Shown piece after piece: positions 40,110-44,269 of a stretch of DNA of 44,269 nucleotides. Source of the stretch: a virus; IMG/VR virus record IMGVR_UViG_3300010396_000023, positions 1-44,269 of that record; one strand, given 5' to 3'. Both the position numbers and the translations under genes were made by a program. Under the pieces are notes generated by a model. That model was not told the origin of the DNA. It searched no databases and worked only from the letters and a program-made list of their open reading frames with translations. Every line of letters begins with the position of its first letter. Position 1 is the first letter of the stretch.

Positions 40110-40917
40110 AGGCCCTACCGGCACCGGGAAGACCACCGCCCTTGGCACCGCCGCCGATTGGTACGCCAAGCGCGGCTGGCCCGTTTACGCCCTATTCACC
40201 GAGAACTCGACCGAGGTCTTCCGGGGCTACTGGACCGACCGGGGCAAGAAGAAGCCCGATAACGTCCACATCACCGACATGATTGTCAGGCCCACCACGC
40301 TCTCGTCTCTCATCGACGCAGCGGACAAGGTGGGCAAGCTGACCTACGAGTCCCTCACCAAGCTCGTTGACGCCAACCGTTCTGGAGACAACAATGCGTA
40401 CTGGAAGATCCTTAAGACCTGCGCGGATTTCACTGACTCGGACACCGGCGAACGCTTCGGGGGCCTTGAGACCTTTCCCACCGAAAGCCTTTTCATCATG
40501 GACTCCCTTTCGGAAACCTCGAACGCTGCGCTTAAGATGCAAGTCGGGTCCCGTCCCACAGCATCTCAGTCTGACTATCTTGTCGCCCAAAACAACCTCC
40601 TCAACTTCTTGCGCCTACTTACTCAAGGCACTCGTTGTGCGGTGGTCGTTACAGCCCACGTTGATCGGCTCGTTGACGAGCTCAACGGAGGAACGCGTAT
40701 TACAACTAAATCCGTAGGTAAGGCCCTGGCCTCTGACATTCCCCAGTTATTCAGCGATGTCATCATGACCACCCGGATGGGAACGGAGTGGACATGGGAC
40801 ACTGCAAACGCACAGGCCGACCTCAAGACCCGCAACCTCCCGGTAAACTCGAAGCTCAAGCCCGACTTCACCCCCCTTCTCGACAAGTGGTTCAGCCGGG
40901 CCCAGGGGGATAAGTGA
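40009..40917 (+). CDS. AAA_24 / Sak4-like RecA-fold ATPase
   Basis: Walker A VLLEGPTGTGKTT and Walker B-like LFIMDSLSE. A DUF669-like gene lies downstream. An alternative TTG start at 40084 would give the short N-terminus usual for this family. Confidence 0.75.
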   Translation: MSTPTSTTLPLTTGVVPSSDSTSLTLRGPKVLLEGPTGTGKTTALGTAADWYAKRGWPVYALFTENSTEVFRGYWTDRGKKKPDNVHITDMIVRPTTLSSLIDAADKVGKLTYESLTKLVDANRSGDNNAYWKILKTCADFTDSDTGERFGGLETFPTESLFIMDSLSETSNAALKMQVGSRPTASQSDYLVAQNNLLNFLRLLTQGTRCAVVVTAHVDRLVDELNGGTRITTKSVGKALASDIPQLFSDVIMTTRMGTEWTWDTANAQADLKTRNLPVNSKLKPDFTPLLDKWFSRAQGDK

Positions 40918-40991
40918 TGCGCACTCTCTTCATTGTCCTCATCATCCTCGCGGTCGAAATCCTGATCGCCTACAGCCGCCAAGGAGGCTAG
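40917..40991 (+). CDS. 24-aa TM mini-protein (tentative)
   Basis: MRTLFIVLIILAVEILIAYSRQGG with TGATG coupling. Its 3' end carries the AAGGAGG RBS of the next ORF. Confidence 0.35.
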   Translation: MRTLFIVLIILAVEILIAYSRQGG

Positions 40992-40992
40992 T

Positions 40993-41169
40993 GTGGAATA
41001 TCGTATGCGTCCTGTTAATAATGGCTGGGTTGTCTACATCGACCCGGACACCCACGCCGCCCTCCCCTTCGGAGAATTCGTCTTCGACTCCATCCGGGAG
41101 ATGGCCGAGTGGCTCGCCCAGCGCCACGGTGAGGCCGGTCCCCGGAAGTTGATTGAAGATTGGCATTAA
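40993..41169 (+). CDS. Hypothetical small protein (58 aa, below the track cutoff)
   Basis: GTG at 40993 lies 5 nt after AAGGAGG, and an in-frame ATG is at 41005. ...MRPVNNGWVVYIDPDTHAALPFGEFVFDSIREMAEWLAQRHG... Confidence 0.5.
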   Translation: MEYRMRPVNNGWVVYIDPDTHAALPFGEFVFDSIREMAEWLAQRHGEAGPRKLIEDWH

Positions 41170-41197
41170 CCGGGAAACCCCTCACCGCATCCCCCGG
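41170..41197. promoter_or_regulatory. CCGGGAAAC-N10-aTccCCCGG palindrome upstream of the DUF669-like gene
   Basis: The left half-site is exact, the spacer is 10 nt and the right half has 3 mismatches but keeps the outer CCCGG. Confidence 0.45.
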
Positions 41198-41261
41198 TAC
41201 GTTTCAGCGAGCGCCCACCTCGCATTCAATGGGCACCCACTTTAACCTTTGGAGTCTCACC

Positions 41262-41720
41262 ATGTCTTCGATTTTCGACCCGAACGCCCTTCTCGACGCT
41301 ACCCTCGACCAACCGACCGAAAAGCGCCCGCCGCTCCCTGTCGGCGACTACACCGCCATCGTGGGGGAAGTCACAGCGGCGCAGTGGCAATCCGCCGCGA
41401 AGGGCACCTCGGGTGTTAAGTGGAATGTTCCCCTCACCGTCCAAATCCCCGCCGATGTGAAGGAGTCCCTACAGCTCTCTGTGGACACCATCACCCTCAC
41501 TGACAGCATCATGCTCGACCTCACCCCCCAGGGTGCGCTCGACAACAGCGTGGGCAAGAACTCCCGTCTCCGCATGTATCGGGAAGCCCTGGACCTCAAC
41601 AAGCCGGGCGATACTTTCTCAGCACGGAAGATGCAAGGGCAGGTCATCCTGATCCGCATCGAGCATCGGGAGTACCAAGGCCAGCTGATGGAAAACGTCG
41701 GTAAGGTCGCTCGCGCCTAA
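41262..41720 (+). CDS. DUF669-like protein (putative ssDNA-binding partner of Sak4-type ATPase)
   Basis: Start trimmed to MSSIFDPNALLDATLDQPTEKRPPLPVGDYTAIVGEV... The size, N-terminal pattern and position next to AAA_24 fit DUF669. Confidence 0.6.
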   Translation: MSSIFDPNALLDATLDQPTEKRPPLPVGDYTAIVGEVTAAQWQSAAKGTSGVKWNVPLTVQIPADVKESLQLSVDTITLTDSIMLDLTPQGALDNSVGKNSRLRMYREALDLNKPGDTFSARKMQGQVILIRIEHREYQGQLMENVGKVARA

Positions 41721-41729
41721 CCACCCTTT

Positions 41730-41749
41730 GGGAGGGCTTCGGCCCTCCC
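41730..41749 (+). other. Perfect 8-bp stem with TTCG tetraloop
   Basis: gggagggc ttcg gccctccc sits 10 nt after the DUF669-like stop (context TAACCACCC). There is no U-tract. Confidence 0.7.
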
Positions 41750-41762
41750 ACTCGGAGCCCCC

Positions 41763-41912
41763 ATGCACCACAAGCCCCACCTTTTCTTCCAAGCCGGTCG
41801 CTGGATTTGTGTTCACCGGGGACAAGCTTGGGGCGCAGGTACCACCCAACTGGAAGCCTACTGGAACATGCGCCGTTACCATACTCACACTCTCGGAGGC
41901 CTTCGTGGCTAA
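41763..41912 (+). CDS. Hypothetical small protein (49 aa, below the track cutoff)
   Basis: MHHKPHLFFQAGRWICVHRGQAWGAGTTQLEAYWNMRRYHTHTLGGLRG. GGAG lies 5 nt upstream. The stop overlaps the proposed GTG start of the methylase by 8 nt. Confidence 0.45.
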   Translation: MHHKPHLFFQAGRWICVHRGQAWGAGTTQLEAYWNMRRYHTHTLGGLRG

Positions 41913-43218
41913 ACTAATCCCCCTCACGGAGGTCGTTGTCCCCCCGGACCGCCAACGTACTTCCTTCGACCCGGAGTATATCCAAGAACTCGCCATCTCC
42001 ATCCGGGACAACTGCCTCATGCACGCCCCGGTGATGGACGAGAAAGGCCTGATCGCCGGGGAGTGTCGCCTCGAGGCCGTCAAGCTCCTCAATGAGATGG
42101 GCGAGGCCTTCTGGTACGATGGAGAGAAAATCCCCGAGGGAATGCTCCCCTACGTTTCGGTGAACGACTTGACCCTCGTCCAACGGTTTGAACTCGAACT
42201 AGAAGAGAACATTCGGCGGAAGGACCTCACCTGGCAAGAGCGCACCCGCGCCATCGCTCGACTCGCCGCCCTCAAGACCGAGATCATCACCGCTGAAACA
42301 GGTCGTCCGCCCACCACTCGCGAACTCCAATCCTCCATCCTCGAACTCGACGCGAAGGGGAACGCGAATGGCAAACTCCGCACCCATCTTGACCTGGCCC
42401 AGAACCTCGACCGTCCCGAAATTGCCAAGGCCAAGACCCAGCAGGAGGCCATCAAGACCCTCAAGCGCATTGCCCTCGCCGAGCAACACGCGAAGATCGC
42501 GGAATTGGCTGGGGAATCCTACACCGCTTCCTCCCACCAGCTCTACCACGCCGACGCGGAGGTATGGATGGGGGATGCAGCCCCCGAGCAATTCGATGTG
42601 ATCCTCACGGACCCTCCTTACGGGATGGGGGCGGATGACTTCGGGGACTCCGGCGGGAAGGCCGGTGGGGCCCACGGTTATAGCGACTCCGCGGAAATCC
42701 TCCAGCACATCCACCAGTGGTTCCCTGCCCAAGCCTACCGCCTCGCCAAACCCCAAGCCCACCTCTACGTCTTCTGTGATTTGGAATGGTTCAAGGAGTG
42801 GCGCGCGGCCCTAGCCCAAGCCGGGTGGAAGGTTTTCCGCACTCCCCTCATTTGGTTCAACCCTACCAAGTATCGCGCACCCTGGCCAGAGCACGGCCCT
42901 CAGCGCAAGTGGGAGATGTGCGTGTATGCGGTGAAGGGAGATAAGCCCGTCACCCGCCTATACCCCGACGTCATCACCTGTCAAGCCGACGAGAACCTTG
43001 GCCACGCCGCGCAGAAACCCGTCGCCTTATACACCGACCTCCTGCAGCGTTCTGCTCTTCCCGGCTCTCGCGTTCTCGATCCCTTCGTCGGCTCGGGCCC
43101 GATTTTCGAGGCCGCTCACACCCTTCATTGTACCGCGGTGGGGGTGGAGCGAGATGCTGTCCATTATGGCATCGCCACCGCCCGTCTAACGGGTCTTAGC
43201 CATGAACAAGATTCCTGA
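41905..43218 (+). CDS. ParB-like nuclease domain fused to beta-class N6-adenine/N4-cytosine DNA methyltransferase
   Basis: The ParB N-domain is IPLTEVVVPPDRQRTSFDPEYIQELAISIRDNCLMHAPV. Motif IV (DVILTDPPYG) precedes motif I (LDPFVGSGP). The proposed GTG start at 41905 lies 5 nt after GGAGG, whereas the track start at 41728 is a TTG with no RBS. Confidence 0.85.
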   Translation: MAKLIPLTEVVVPPDRQRTSFDPEYIQELAISIRDNCLMHAPVMDEKGLIAGECRLEAVKLLNEMGEAFWYDGEKIPEGMLPYVSVNDLTLVQRFELELEENIRRKDLTWQERTRAIARLAALKTEIITAETGRPPTTRELQSSILELDAKGNANGKLRTHLDLAQNLDRPEIAKAKTQQEAIKTLKRIALAEQHAKIAELAGESYTASSHQLYHADAEVWMGDAAPEQFDVILTDPPYGMGADDFGDSGGKAGGAHGYSDSAEILQHIHQWFPAQAYRLAKPQAHLYVFCDLEWFKEWRAALAQAGWKVFRTPLIWFNPTKYRAPWPEHGPQRKWEMCVYAVKGDKPVTRLYPDVITCQADENLGHAAQKPVALYTDLLQRSALPGSRVLDPFVGSGPIFEAAHTLHCTAVGVERDAVHYGIATARLTGLSHEQDS

Positions 43219-43537
43219 AGGGCCTGCGGGCTTCGGCACGCGCCTAAGGGCTTATCGGCGTTTGCGCAATATGTCGTGCGAAGAGCTGGCTAAGCGCATG
43301 CGCATGTCAACGCACGGTACTATCTGCCATTGGGAGTCTGGCCGCAATCTCCCTGGCTTTTGGTCCCTTGTAGAGTTGTCCCACGTCCTCCAGGTATCCC
43401 TGGATGATCTTCTCGATGTTCACTTTGGAGTCCACCATGACCGCACCCATCACCAAGCCCTCCCAACTCAAGCCCGGCCAGCTCTCCTTCATGATGGAGG
43501 CGCTGCAGATGTTTGCCGCGATGGCAAATGCAAATAG
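43202..43537 (+). CDS. XRE-type HTH regulator
   Basis: FGTRLRAYRRLRNMSCEELAKRMRMSTHGTICHWESGRNLP...LSHVLQVSLDDLL. The C-terminal ~35 aa overlap the MazG gene. Confidence 0.7.
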   Translation: MNKIPEGPAGFGTRLRAYRRLRNMSCEELAKRMRMSTHGTICHWESGRNLPGFWSLVELSHVLQVSLDDLLDVHFGVHHDRTHHQALPTQARPALLHDGGAADVCRDGKCK

Positions 43538-43871
43538 TCGGGAGCATGGGTTTTACGACGAGCATGACCGGATACATAACTTCTTGGCCGACAAACTGGG
43601 CGGGGAGGCCGAGACCAAATACCTCCTCGACATCCGTCTCTCCAAGATCGCCCTCATCCACTCCGAACTCGGCGAGATGACGGAGGGCGTACGTAAGCCC
43701 GGCCCCGACCAGCACCTCCCTGAATTCACCCAAGAGGAGGTCGAGGCAGCCGACACCTTCCTCCGTCTGATGGACTACGCCCACGAGTGGGGCCTGCGCT
43801 TCGCCGAGGCAGTGGTGGCGAAGATGGAGTACAATGCCTCGCGGCCTTACAAGCACGGGAAGGGGGCCTAA
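43437..43871 (+). CDS. mazG: MazG-like nucleoside triphosphate pyrophosphohydrolase
   Basis: Start trimmed to MTAPITK. Motifs IALIHSELGEMTEGVRK, EEVEAADTFLRLMDYA and KMEYNASRPYKHGK match phage MazG-type motifs. Confidence 0.8.
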   Translation: MTAPITKPSQLKPGQLSFMMEALQMFAAMANANSREHGFYDEHDRIHNFLADKLGGEAETKYLLDIRLSKIALIHSELGEMTEGVRKPGPDQHLPEFTQEEVEAADTFLRLMDYAHEWGLRFAEAVVAKMEYNASRPYKHGKGA

Positions 43872-43872
43872 C

Positions 43873-44269
43873 ATGTACGCCTATATATTCGACACTGAAA
43901 CTACCGGCTTCAACGAACCCCAAGTTATCCAGGCCGCTTCGCGCCGCCTTACTATCCAAGGAGACGAGGGCATTAACGCTGCAGCCTTTTACTGTCCCTC
44001 CAAGCCAATCGAGCTGGGTGCGAAGGCCGTCCACCACATCCTGGAGAGCGAGCTGATAGACAAACCCGCGTCGTCCGAGTTCTGCTTCAATGATGCTTGC
44101 CCTAGATGTACCTATCTAATAGGCCACAATATAGATTACGACTGGGAAGTCGTAGGTAAGCCGGATGTGAAGCGTATATGCACCCTAGCAATGGCCCGGA
44201 CGTTCTGGCCCACTCTGGACTCCCATTCCCAAACGGCCTTGATGTATTTCCACTTCGGAGACGCGGCAA
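43873..44269 (+). CDS. DnaQ/ExoX-like DEDDh 3'-5' exonuclease, N-terminal part (continues at 1..422)
   Basis: MYAYIFDTETTGF carries ExoI (DxE) and LIGHNIDYDW carries ExoII. The frame stays open to the window end and joins 1..422 in frame, giving 231 aa in total. Confidence 0.85.
   Translation, partial: MYAYIFDTETTGFNEPQVIQAASRRLTIQGDEGINAAAFYCPSKPIELGAKAVHHILESELIDKPASSEFCFNDACPRCTYLIGHNIDYDWEVVGKPDVKRICTLAMARTFWPTLDSHSQTALMYFHFGDAA
44147..44269. repeat. Terminal direct repeat, right copy (identical to 1..123)
   Basis: Exact 123-nt identity with the window start. Confidence 0.95.

Overview
The window is a complete, circularly closed genome of about 44.1 kb from a high-GC, podovirus-like dsDNA phage. 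The first 123 nt are identical to the last 123 nt, so the unique unit is 44,146 bp.

Two transcription arms diverge from a roughly 460-bp non-coding control region at 30093-30551.
- **Leftward late arm (30092 down to 4348, minus strand).** Almost every gene is translationally coupled (ATGA, GTGA or TGATG overlaps). In order it encodes an HTH/TerS-like protein, small proteins, TerL, portal, a GroES-like co-chaperonin, scaffold, a decoration-like protein, the HK97-type major capsid protein, adaptor, tail hub, glycine-rich and ejection-type internal proteins with an embedded GNAT, a PurD-like ATP-grasp enzyme, a Zn-ribbon protein, tail fibre and beta-helix tailspike. It ends with a lysis cassette (holin, GH108 endolysin, small TM protein, lipoprotein, GHSLGG lipase-like hydrolase) followed by an intrinsic terminator.
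- **Rightward early/middle arm (30552 to 44269, wrapping to 1-4164).** It encodes many small proteins (HTH/XRE/RHH regulators, Cys-rich and mini-TM peptides). These are followed by a Cas4-like nuclease, an AAA_24/Sak4-like ATPase, a DUF669-like protein, a ParB-DNA methyltransferase, MazG, a DnaQ-like exonuclease (split by the window ends), a UDG-domain-fused family A DNA polymerase and a VirE-like NTPase.

I recognised no tRNA, rRNA, CRISPR array, integrase, transposase or phage RNA polymerase.

The observations most worth follow-up are:
- an over-represented CCGGGAAAC-N10-GTTTCCCGG palindrome family at gene boundaries;
- the G-rich, repeat-laden divergent control region;
- a 25-bp inverted repeat around a T10 core;
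- enzymes embedded in the virion operon (PurD-like ligase, GNAT, GroES-like);
- a lipase coupled to the lysis cassette.

All functional calls rest on motifs read from the translated ORFs and recalled from memory, plus gene order. No database search was possible.
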